64,000 bases of DNA from an uncultured bacterium (lineage in GTDB: Bacteria; Patescibacteriota; Minisyncoccia; Phycocordibacterales; UBA9973): NCBI GenBank assembly GCA_903892035.1, contig CAITGV010000001.1, forward strand, positions 419,310-483,309, given 5' to 3'. A program made the position numbers and the translations under genes. The notes beneath the pieces are model-generated. The model was not told the DNA's origin and did not search any database. It saw only the letters and a program-made list of their open reading frames with translations. Below are positions 30,521-38,438 of the stretch, in pieces (position 1 is the first letter of the stretch; each line of letters begins with the position of its first letter).

Positions 30521-30592
30521 TGCGGGGAAGTGTACCGGTTGCACGCGAGGCTCATAACCTTGTAGTAGTAGGTTCGATTCCTACACCCGCAA
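30521..30592 (+). tRNA. tRNA with CAT anticodon (Met/fMet or Ile2), boundaries approximate
   Basis: Anticodon stem CGAGG/CCTTG with loop CTCATAA; T-arm GTAGG-TTCGATT-CCTAC; 3-bp D-stem. One acceptor mismatch and no encoded CCA. Confidence 0.5.
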
Positions 30593-30641
30593 CAATCGGC
30601 ATGTGACAGACGCCAAATCTGTCTTTAATGCCGAAATATAT

Positions 30642-30715
30642 GTCGGTGTAGTTCAATGGTAGAACGAAGGACTCATAAGCCTTAGACAGTGGTCCGATTC
30701 CACTCATCGACACCA
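30642..30715 (+). tRNA. tRNA with CAT anticodon (Met/fMet or Ile2)
   Basis: Acceptor GTCGGTG/CATCGAC, D-arm TAGTTCAATGGTAGAAC, anticodon loop CTCATAA, T-arm AGTGG-TCCGATT-CCACT, CCA encoded. Confidence 0.7.
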
Positions 30716-30761
30716 TCGGGTTCTACCCGATATGAAATGTGATAGTAGTCGCAATTAAATT

Positions 30762-30835
30762 GCGATCGTAGCTCAACTGGTTAGAGCACTCGCCTGTCAC
30801 GCGAGAGGTTGCCGGTTCAAGTCCGGTCGGTCGCG
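30762..30835 (+). tRNA. tRNA-Asp (anticodon GTC)
   Basis: Acceptor GCGATCG/CGGTCGC, D-arm TAGCTCAACTGGTTAGAGC, anticodon stem-loop CTCGC-CTGTCAC-GCGAG, T-arm GCCGG-TTCAAGT-CCGGT. Confidence 0.8.
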
Positions 30836-30887
30836 CATAAAGAAAAAGCCACAGTAATGTGGCTTTTTCTTTATGCGCGACCGACTA
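30824..30887. repeat. About 60-bp near-perfect palindrome spanning the tRNA-Asp 3' end and an intrinsic-terminator hairpin
   Basis: GTCGGTCGCGCATAAAGAAAAAGCCACAG-TAA-TGTGGCTTTTTCTTTATGCGCGACCGAC. The central AAAAAGCCACA/TGTGGCTTTTT is a classic terminator. Confidence 0.6.
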
Positions 30888-30941
30888 AAAGCGTAGCCGA
30901 TAAATATTCCGGTCGGGTAAAATAACTGATATAATACCTTT

Positions 30942-31598
30942 ATGCAAAAAACTATTTTTTATAATTTATTTAAAAATATTGCAAGTCTATATAAAGGAAA
31001 AAATCTGTTGTGGCAATTCTTTTTTATTTTTCTAACTTTTGTTTTGGTAATGAGAGGTTTTGATTGGTACTATTTCGAAGCGACGCGAGGCATCTCTGTT
31101 TCTGTCTGGATGTGGGCAGGAATTTTGGGTTTTATGGTTCCAGTTTTTTTACCACTTCTAATGCTTGCTTTTGGTTTTTATAAAAAAAATAAAAGGACGA
31201 TAAATAGTGCGTATGCAATAATTCAAGCTGGACTCTTGGGCTTAGGTGTATCTTCATTCTATAAAGTTTTTACAGGACGAGTCGGACTTCCTCACATAGC
31301 ATTGAGTATTGATACTAGTAAAATTTTTCAATTTGGATTTTTGCGTGGCGGTGCTTTTCAGGGCTGGCCATCATCACATACAAGTGTGGCTTTTGCTATA
31401 AGTATTGCTTTGTTTACTTTATATCCTGAGAATAAAATCATACGCTATGGAGCAGTTATTTATGCTCTATATATTGGTATCGGAGCTTCTGTCGGTTTTC
31501 ATTGGTTTTCTGATTTTGTATCAGGAATTGTACTTGGAAGCATGATAGGTATTGTGGTAGGTAAAAGTTTCTTGGAAAGATACAAGATGCTGGTATAA
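30942..31598 (+). CDS. PAP2-superfamily membrane phosphatase
   Basis: Multi-TM protein with the PSGH-type motif (GWPSSHTSVAF) and a downstream SDxxxG-like motif. Confidence 0.6.
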   Translation: MQKTIFYNLFKNIASLYKGKNLLWQFFFIFLTFVLVMRGFDWYYFEATRGISVSVWMWAGILGFMVPVFLPLLMLAFGFYKKNKRTINSAYAIIQAGLLGLGVSSFYKVFTGRVGLPHIALSIDTSKIFQFGFLRGGAFQGWPSSHTSVAFAISIALFTLYPENKIIRYGAVIYALYIGIGASVGFHWFSDFVSGIVLGSMIGIVVGKSFLERYKMLV

Positions 31599-31605
31599 TA
31601 TCTGT

Positions 31606-32106
31606 ATGGAAACATCATTTCAAAATGGAGTCTATTATAAACCAGGAAATAAAGTTTTTGTTTATTTTTTGGGCAAAAGAATTTCTATTATTATCGTCGT
31701 ATTTGTCGCACTCGCTATCGGAATTAATTATTTAGAAAAATTATTGCCGAAGATAAATATTGGTTTGCATTTAATTATCGGAATAGGATTAATTTTCTGT
31801 ATTATAAGTTTTCTTTTTTCTTGGATTAAATACGGAAGTATAAAATTTATGCTTGATGAATTTGCCTTTCATATTCAAAAAGGAATTATGGCAAAATCTG
31901 ACATTGCAATTCCATATAGACAAATTCGCAGTGTGAATCACTCACAAAGTATGAATGAAAAAATGTTTGGTATTATGCATCTTACTGTTCAGACTGTGAG
32001 CGAGACAGAAGACAAAGATGCAAGTTGGGGAATACTGCCAATTTTAGATATTCAAATTGCAATGTCACTGGAGCAAGAGATTCTAAAGAGAACAGTTGAT
32101 AAATAA
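31606..32106 (+). CDS. Membrane protein with bacterial PH (YdbS/YdbT-like) domain
   Basis: Two TM helices, then GIMAKSDIAIPYRQIRSVNHSQSMNEKMFGIMHLTVQT typical of bPH_2. Confidence 0.5.
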   Translation: METSFQNGVYYKPGNKVFVYFLGKRISIIIVVFVALAIGINYLEKLLPKINIGLHLIIGIGLIFCIISFLFSWIKYGSIKFMLDEFAFHIQKGIMAKSDIAIPYRQIRSVNHSQSMNEKMFGIMHLTVQTVSETEDKDASWGILPILDIQIAMSLEQEILKRTVDK

Positions 32107-32107
32107 T

Positions 32108-32878
32108 TTATTTAATTTTTTGAGCCAAGAAATAAATACTTGGGCCGAACCACGCACTAGCTAGAGGTTTTTGAAGATGCTTTTCAACGCCTGCCAAGAA
32201 TTTTGCTGGGAATATTTTTTTCAATGTTTGTGAACGGAAATTTGAAACACTTAAAATATTTATTATTTTGAAATTATTTTTCTCTAAAAGTTTTTTTATT
32301 GTAGCAGGGTGGTGATTTACGAAAGTCACATCCTTATGAAGCTCTGCAATGTCCACTGGATTTTCTGATGTAATATTTTTTGTATTTTTTTTGAAAATTG
32401 AAAGTATTCTGTTTTTGAAATGAAATTTATTTGGAATTTCTAAAACCAAATATCCACCCGGTGCAAGTACACGATTCATTTCGTGAATCACATCATCAGG
32501 ATTTTTTATATAGTGGAAAAGTCGCACAGAAAGCATCGCATCACAAGTACCGTCTTCGATATTCATATGATCTGCAAGACTGTGTATTGTTGTAATATTT
32601 TCTTTTAAATATTCAGCTTTAATGTCGTCGAGTTGTTTTTTTGAAGAATCAAGAATAACAAATTCTTTCCAAAGATTTTTATACATTGGAATCATTCGGC
32701 CCATTCCTCCGCCGACGTCGATTATTTTTTTGTGTGGACCATCTATCTGAGCAAAAAGTCTTTTGACTGCAATTTCATCAGCATAATTTTCATAATTTCT
32801 TTCTTCCCAAAATTTTGAGTAATCGTATTTGTCGTAGCCTGTAGGTGGAACTGGATGTGCACTTTCTTTGTGTTGCAT
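32108..32878 (-). CDS. Class I SAM-dependent methyltransferase
   Basis: Motif I IIDVGGGMGRM and the post-I acidic residue; LAPGGYLVLE motif. Confidence 0.7.
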   Translation of the reverse strand: MQHKESAHPVPPTGYDKYDYSKFWEERNYENYADEIAVKRLFAQIDGPHKKIIDVGGGMGRMIPMYKNLWKEFVILDSSKKQLDDIKAEYLKENITTIHSLADHMNIEDGTCDAMLSVRLFHYIKNPDDVIHEMNRVLAPGGYLVLEIPNKFHFKNRILSIFKKNTKNITSENPVDIAELHKDVTFVNHHPATIKKLLEKNNFKIINILSVSNFRSQTLKKIFPAKFLAGVEKHLQKPLASAWFGPSIYFLAQKIK

Positions 32879-33037
32879 AATTAATTTAAATTTTATTTTT
32901 TAATATTTAGTATTGTTTCAGTGTAGACTACAGAGAACTTGCTGTCAAATTTTGCCTTATTTTACTGACTTTTTGCACTTTTGCGAGGTGCAGGTCTAAG
33001 TGCTATGATGAGGTAGTTAAACAATTTTTTATATATT

Positions 33038-34873
33038 ATGTGTGGAATTATTGGATACATTGGTAAAAAAGAGGCGAGTCCGATACTAATTTCGGGTTTA
33101 CGTCGTTTGGAATACCGCGGATATGACTCTGCGGGTGTTTCGGTGTGGAATGGAAGAGATTTGGTAAATGTAAAACGCACTGGGCGCATTTCTGTTCTCT
33201 CAGACGCAATTGACGAAAAAAGACCAGTAGGTTCTTTGGGTATAGCTCACACACGCTGGGCTACACACGGAGCGCCGTCTGAAGAAAATGCTCATCCACA
33301 TTCTGATTGTAGTGGAAAAGTAGCAGTGGTGCACAATGGTATTATTGAAAATTTCGTATCTTTAAAAAAATCTTTACTCTCTGAAGGTCATAAATTTATT
33401 TCTGAAACAGATACAGAGGTCATAGCTCATATGATTGAGAAATATATGAAAGTAGAAGATTTTGAATCTGCTGTCGTAAGTACGTTGAAACTTTTGGAAG
33501 GAGCATATGGACTCGTGGCAATTTCTGCTGATGAGCCAGATAAAATAATTGTTGCAAAAAAAGGAAGTCCATTGGTGATTGGTATCGGAGATGGAGAATA
33601 TTTTGTCGCATCAGACACGTCTGCAATTTTGGATCATACAAAAAATGTAATTTATCTCGACGATGGAGAAGTCGGAGTTGTGGAAAGTGGAGGATATAGA
33701 GTTTTCAATTTACACGACAACAGTGTTGCTGACAAAATGATCGAGGAAGTCAGCGCAAATATGGATGCTATTGAAAAAGGTGGCTTCGATACTTTTATGT
33801 TGAAAGAAATATTTGAACAACCAGAAAGTATTGTAAATGCAATGAGAGGTCACATCACCGAAGGAGGTAGTGTCGTGAAATTTGGCGGGCTCGAAGGTCA
33901 TGAAAAAAGATTATCCGAAATAAATAGAGTAATAATCGTCGCTTGCGGTACATCATTTCACGCAGGTCTTGTAGCAAGGTGGATGATGGAAGAACTTGTA
34001 AAAATTCCTGTAGAAGTTGAGTACGCATCTGAGTTTCGATATAGAAATCCTATTGTAGATGAAAATTGTTTTGTAATTGCAATTTCTCAATCTGGCGAAA
34101 CAGCTGACACTCTCGCTGCACTAAAACTTGCGAAAGAAAGAGGTGCTTTTACATACGGAGTTTGTAATGTCGTAGGATCTAGTATTGCGCGAGCAGTAGA
34201 CGCTGGAGCGTATCTTCACGCTGGACCTGAGATAAGTGTAGCATCGACAAAAGCATTTACCTCACAAATCACTGTCCTTGCTTTGCTTTCAGTATATTTT
34301 GCTCAACAATTTGGAAAAATAAATAAAAATGAGGCTCATAAAATCCTTTCACATTTGGAACAAATTCCAAATAAAGTAAAAGAGTATTTAGAAAATGTAA
34401 AAGATGTGGAAGAAATTGCGAAAGAATTTTATAATGCTACAAATATTTTATATTTAGGACGCGGTGCAAATTTCCCAGTTGCGCTCGAAGGTGCACTCAA
34501 AATGAAAGAACTCTCGTATATACACGCAGAGGGTTGCCCGGCGGCAGAAATGAAGCACGGTCCAATTGCTCTAATCGACAAAGAAATGCCGGTGATTTTT
34601 ATTGCCACAAAAGACAGTACTTACGACAAAATTGTCAGCAATATTCAAGAGGTGAAAGCTCGTGGTGGACGAGTGATAGCGATAGCAACAGTTGGTGACA
34701 ATTATCTGGAAACTTTAGTTGAGCATGTGATTTATGTTCCAGAGACTATTGAAATTTTCTCGCCACTTTTAAATGTAATTCCTATGCAACTTTTAGCATA
34801 TTATATAACCACGATGAAAGGCCACGATGTCGACAAGCCTAGAAATTTAGCAAAAAGTGTAACTGTTGAATAA
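33038..34873 (+). CDS. glmS: Glutamine--fructose-6-phosphate aminotransferase
   Basis: N-terminal MCGIIGYIG (Ntn Cys) and two SIS domains; C-terminal ...KPRNLAKSVTVE. Confidence 0.95.
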   Translation: MCGIIGYIGKKEASPILISGLRRLEYRGYDSAGVSVWNGRDLVNVKRTGRISVLSDAIDEKRPVGSLGIAHTRWATHGAPSEENAHPHSDCSGKVAVVHNGIIENFVSLKKSLLSEGHKFISETDTEVIAHMIEKYMKVEDFESAVVSTLKLLEGAYGLVAISADEPDKIIVAKKGSPLVIGIGDGEYFVASDTSAILDHTKNVIYLDDGEVGVVESGGYRVFNLHDNSVADKMIEEVSANMDAIEKGGFDTFMLKEIFEQPESIVNAMRGHITEGGSVVKFGGLEGHEKRLSEINRVIIVACGTSFHAGLVARWMMEELVKIPVEVEYASEFRYRNPIVDENCFVIAISQSGETADTLAALKLAKERGAFTYGVCNVVGSSIARAVDAGAYLHAGPEISVASTKAFTSQITVLALLSVYFAQQFGKINKNEAHKILSHLEQIPNKVKEYLENVKDVEEIAKEFYNATNILYLGRGANFPVALEGALKMKELSYIHAEGCPAAEMKHGPIALIDKEMPVIFIATKDSTYDKIVSNIQEVKARGGRVIAIATVGDNYLETLVEHVIYVPETIEIFSPLLNVIPMQLLAYYITTMKGHDVDKPRNLAKSVTVE

Positions 34874-35587
34874 ATGAAAAAAATAATTAAACAAAAAAAT
34901 GTTTTCGTAGGAAAAAATGTGACGGTTGAGCCAAATGTTTTTTTTGATACATCAAATGGAAAAATAGAAATTGGTGATGGGACAAAAATAAAAGCCAATG
35001 TCGCACTTCGTGGTCCACTTTCAATTGGAAAAAATTGCGTGATAAATACTTTTTCCGAAATCTCCGATTCTATAATTGGTGATGTATGTAAAATTGGAGG
35101 GGAGGTCGTGAGCTCAACTATTGGAAGTTATACAAATAAAGCGCATCATGGTTTTCTAGGTCACAGTCAAGTGGGCTCTTGGGTAAATATTGGTGGAGGC
35201 ACAAGTGTTTCAAATATGAAAAATACATATGGAAATATAAAAGTTCTAGGTGTTGATACTGGAAAAACTTTTGTCGGTTGTGTAATTGGTGACTACGTAA
35301 AGACGGCAGTAAATACAAGTATTTTTTGTGGAAAGGTTATAGGCACAGCGTCACACATTTACGGCACAGTGACAGAAGATGTACCACCATTTGTGAATCA
35401 CGTCGCTACAGGAAAACTTTTCGAGCTTCCTCTTGAAGTTGCAATAAAAGTTCAGAAAGCAATGAGTGCTCGACGAAATGTTCCATTTACAGAAGATGAT
35501 AAAAAAAATTTTGAAAAAATGTTTAAGGAAACTGCACTAGACAGAAAAAAATCTAAAGTAAAAAAAGGTAAATTATCATTTAAATAA
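34874..35587 (+). CDS. Left-handed beta-helix (hexapeptide-repeat) acyltransferase, GlmU C-terminal-domain-like
   Basis: Repeated [LIV]GxxxxI hexapeptides. Immediately downstream of glmS and overlapping its stop. The gene contains a 17-mer shared with the recombinase-element inverted repeats. Confidence 0.55.
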   Translation: MKKIIKQKNVFVGKNVTVEPNVFFDTSNGKIEIGDGTKIKANVALRGPLSIGKNCVINTFSEISDSIIGDVCKIGGEVVSSTIGSYTNKAHHGFLGHSQVGSWVNIGGGTSVSNMKNTYGNIKVLGVDTGKTFVGCVIGDYVKTAVNTSIFCGKVIGTASHIYGTVTEDVPPFVNHVATGKLFELPLEVAIKVQKAMSARRNVPFTEDDKKNFEKMFKETALDRKKSKVKKGKLSFK

Positions 35588-35605
35588 ATATAGTAAAAAT
35601 AAAAT

Positions 35606-36556
35606 ATGAAAGAAAAAATTTTAATTATTGGTGCATGTGGGCAGATCGGAGTGGAACTTACTTTGGCTTTGCGAAAAATTTATGGTGGAGAAAATGTCAT
35701 AGCGAGTGATATTCGCGATGAGCACCCACTACTTGCAGGCACTGGTCCTTATACAACTTTAAATGCAAATGATGCAGATAATACTCGTGCAATTGTTAAA
35801 AAAGAAGGCATAACACAGATTTATCTTCTTGCTGCACTTTTGTCAGCGACCGGCGAAAAAGACCCGAAACTTTGTTGGGATTTAAATATGGGTAGTCTTC
35901 GCCAGGTACTCGACCTCGCCGTGGAAATGAAAGATGAAAGAAAAATAAAAATTTTCTGGCCAAGTTCAATTGCCGTTTTTGGTGCAACTACTCCTCGACA
36001 AAATACTCCACAGCTCACAGTGATGGAGCCGACTACGATGTACGGCGTGACCAAGTATGCAGGTGAATTGCTTTGCCAATACTACAATCGTCGCTATGGC
36101 ACCGATGTGCGCTCTGTGCGCTATCCTGGGCTCATTAGTTGGAAGTCTGTGCCAGGTGGTGGAACTACAGACTATGCAGTGGATATTTATATTCAAGCAT
36201 TGAAAGCAGGGAAGTATGAATGTTTTCTTTCTGAAAATACATATCTACCGATGATGTATATGGATGATGCAATTCGCGCAACTATCGAGCTTATGCAAGC
36301 TCCAGTTGAAAATTTAAAAACTCACATGGCTTTCAATCTTTCCGCAATGAGTTTTTCTCCGAAAGAAGTTTATGAATCAATAAAAAAAATTATTTCAAAT
36401 TTTGAAATAACTTACGCTCCCGACCACCGCCAAGCTATAGCCGACAGTTGGCCTGCAAGTATCGACGACTCCACTGCCCGCGCCGAATGGAATTGGAAAC
36501 CCAAATTTGATCTCGAAAAAATGACGACTGCAATGCTTGAGAATTTGAAGAAATAA
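35606..36556 (+). CDS. tdh: NAD-dependent epimerase/dehydratase-family L-threonine 3-dehydrogenase
   Basis: Rossmann IGACGQIG. About 316 aa, the size of the SDR-type TDH family. Immediately upstream of kbl. Confidence 0.65.
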   Translation: MKEKILIIGACGQIGVELTLALRKIYGGENVIASDIRDEHPLLAGTGPYTTLNANDADNTRAIVKKEGITQIYLLAALLSATGEKDPKLCWDLNMGSLRQVLDLAVEMKDERKIKIFWPSSIAVFGATTPRQNTPQLTVMEPTTMYGVTKYAGELLCQYYNRRYGTDVRSVRYPGLISWKSVPGGGTTDYAVDIYIQALKAGKYECFLSENTYLPMMYMDDAIRATIELMQAPVENLKTHMAFNLSAMSFSPKEVYESIKKIISNFEITYAPDHRQAIADSWPASIDDSTARAEWNWKPKFDLEKMTTAMLENLKK

Positions 36557-36561
36557 AAATT

Positions 36562-37845
36562 ATGTATAGTAAAAAAATTATTGACGATATAAATAAAGAA
36601 CTTGAAAACTTGAAGGTGCAGGGGAAGTTTAAGGTGGAAAGGGAATTGGAAGGACCGCAGGGGCCGGAGGTTTTGATTGGGGGGAAGAAGGTTTTAATGT
36701 TCGGTTCAAATAATTATTTGGGACTTTCAAATCATCCTGCACTCGTTGAAGCTAGTAATGAATATCAAAAAAAATACGGCTACGGACTTTCGTCTGTACG
36801 TTTTATTTCTGGTACGCAAAATATTCACAGAGAATTGGAAAAAAAGTTGGCAGAATTTCTAGGCACAGAAGATGCGATTTTGTATTCGACAAATTTTATG
36901 TCGAACCTTGGATTTTTTGCGAGCATTGTAAATGAGCCATTTCAGAAATTGGTAGTCGGAGTACCAATTGGTACTCCGACTACCAATTATAAAGATGCAA
37001 TATATAGTGATGCACTGAACCACGCGAGTATTATCGATGCATTTAAACTTTGTAATCGCGAGCGTCTAGAAAAAAGAATTTATCCGCACAAAGATTTGAC
37101 GACGTTGCGCCAAATGCTTGAGGAAGACACTTCGACTTCGCTCAGTGCAGGCAATTCTAAAGATATTCGAAATAAAATAATAGTGACTGACGGAGTATTT
37201 TCAATGGAAGGCGATACTGCAGACCTCGCAGAGCTTGTAAAAATTGCAGAAGAATTTGGCGCAATGCTTTTTGTCGACGATGCACATGCGGTAGGAGTAT
37301 TGGGTGAAAATGGAACAGGTACGGCTGAACATTGTGGAGTTTTTGGGAAAGTAGATGTAATTTCTGGAACATTTGGAAAAGCACTTGGTGGTGCGGTCGG
37401 CGGGTATATTGCAGGTAAAAAAGAAATTGTAGAATTTTTAAGACAAAAATCTCGCACATATATGTTTTCAAATTCTGTGCCACCTGCTGTCATAGGTGCC
37501 ACACTTCGCGCACTCGAACTTTTGAAAGAAGATAATAATTTACTTATTGCAGTAAAAGATAATGCAAAATATTTTCGAGATGGTTTGGAAAAACTTGGTT
37601 TTAAAACTCTTCCAGGGAGCCATCCTATAGTTCCACTAATGATTGGTGATGCAAAGCTGACGCAAGAGATGAGTAAAAAACTTTTGGAAAATGGAATTTA
37701 CGTCGTGGGACTTTGGTTTCCTGTTGTTCCGGAAGGTCATGCACGTTTGCGTTTTCAAATTTCCGCCGCGCATACAAAAGCTCACATCGACCAAGCTCTC
37801 ACCGTCCTCGAAAAAATTGGAAAAGAAATGGGCGTCATAAATTAA
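36562..37845 (+). CDS. kbl: Glycine C-acetyltransferase (2-amino-3-ketobutyrate CoA ligase)
   Basis: PLP-dependent alpha-oxoamine synthase fold with the lysine motif SGTFGKALGG. Adjacent to tdh. Confidence 0.8.
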   Translation: MYSKKIIDDINKELENLKVQGKFKVERELEGPQGPEVLIGGKKVLMFGSNNYLGLSNHPALVEASNEYQKKYGYGLSSVRFISGTQNIHRELEKKLAEFLGTEDAILYSTNFMSNLGFFASIVNEPFQKLVVGVPIGTPTTNYKDAIYSDALNHASIIDAFKLCNRERLEKRIYPHKDLTTLRQMLEEDTSTSLSAGNSKDIRNKIIVTDGVFSMEGDTADLAELVKIAEEFGAMLFVDDAHAVGVLGENGTGTAEHCGVFGKVDVISGTFGKALGGAVGGYIAGKKEIVEFLRQKSRTYMFSNSVPPAVIGATLRALELLKEDNNLLIAVKDNAKYFRDGLEKLGFKTLPGSHPIVPLMIGDAKLTQEMSKKLLENGIYVVGLWFPVVPEGHARLRFQISAAHTKAHIDQALTVLEKIGKEMGVIN

Positions 37846-37849
37846 AAAA

Positions 37850-37890
37850 CACGGAAAACTGATGTTCGTCAGTTTTCCGTGTCTCTTTTT
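37850..37890. terminator. Bidirectional rho-independent terminator between kbl and a convergent gene
   Basis: 13-bp stem CACGGAAAACTGA/TCAGTTTTCCGTG with loop TGTTCG. A T-run follows on the + strand and an A-run on the - strand. Confidence 0.65.
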
Positions 37891-37894
37891 CTGT

Positions 37895-38323
37895 TTACTT
37901 AGTAATTAGATTGCCTGTTGTAGATAATCTAAAACCTGACGCATCATTTGACGCCCTGATACTTACTTGTGCCACATTTTCCGGTAAAGTACCTTTTTTA
38001 AGCCAAAAAAGATATTCGCCGAGTTTGTAAATTTCATAATCAGGGTCATATGGGTCAGGTTTTTTTGAAATAAAACCTAGATCCTGATTAATAAATTTAA
38101 TGAAATCTTTTTCTACGTACATTGTTTTAGGTTTTTTATACCATCCAAATATGAATGTCATAAAACCTACAAAAATTAAGCAAATAAATAAAAATGCTAA
38201 ACCTAATTGATTAGAAATGTTTGCATTAATAATTAGTATGCCAAGAATTCCGCTGGAATAAATAATTGAACCAGTCCAATATAAAATACTGGAAAATAGT
38301 TTTTTGATTAGATAATTTTGCAT
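37895..38323 (-). CDS. Hypothetical membrane protein
   Basis: 142 aa with two or three TM helices. Confidence 0.45.
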   Translation of the reverse strand: MQNYLIKKLFSSILYWTGSIIYSSGILGILIINANISNQLGLAFLFICLIFVGFMTFIFGWYKKPKTMYVEKDFIKFINQDLGFISKKPDPYDPDYEIYKLGEYLFWLKKGTLPENVAQVSIRASNDASGFRLSTTGNLITK

Positions 38324-38438
38324 GTTGTTTAAATTAAATGTTTATTAAATTGTTTAAAGAATAAGTTCATACTATAGTACAAAAATGGGGGTAAGTAAAG
38401 AGCTTTGCATTTGAGCATAAATATCATAAGATGTTTAT

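Noticed and set aside
30433-30555. Upstream in-frame extension of thrS (start at 30555)
   Set aside because: It would overlap a tRNA (CAT) gene on the opposite strand, and conserved ThrRS sequence begins at the internal Met. Extension judged artefactual, though a non-ATG start just upstream of 30432 cannot be excluded.
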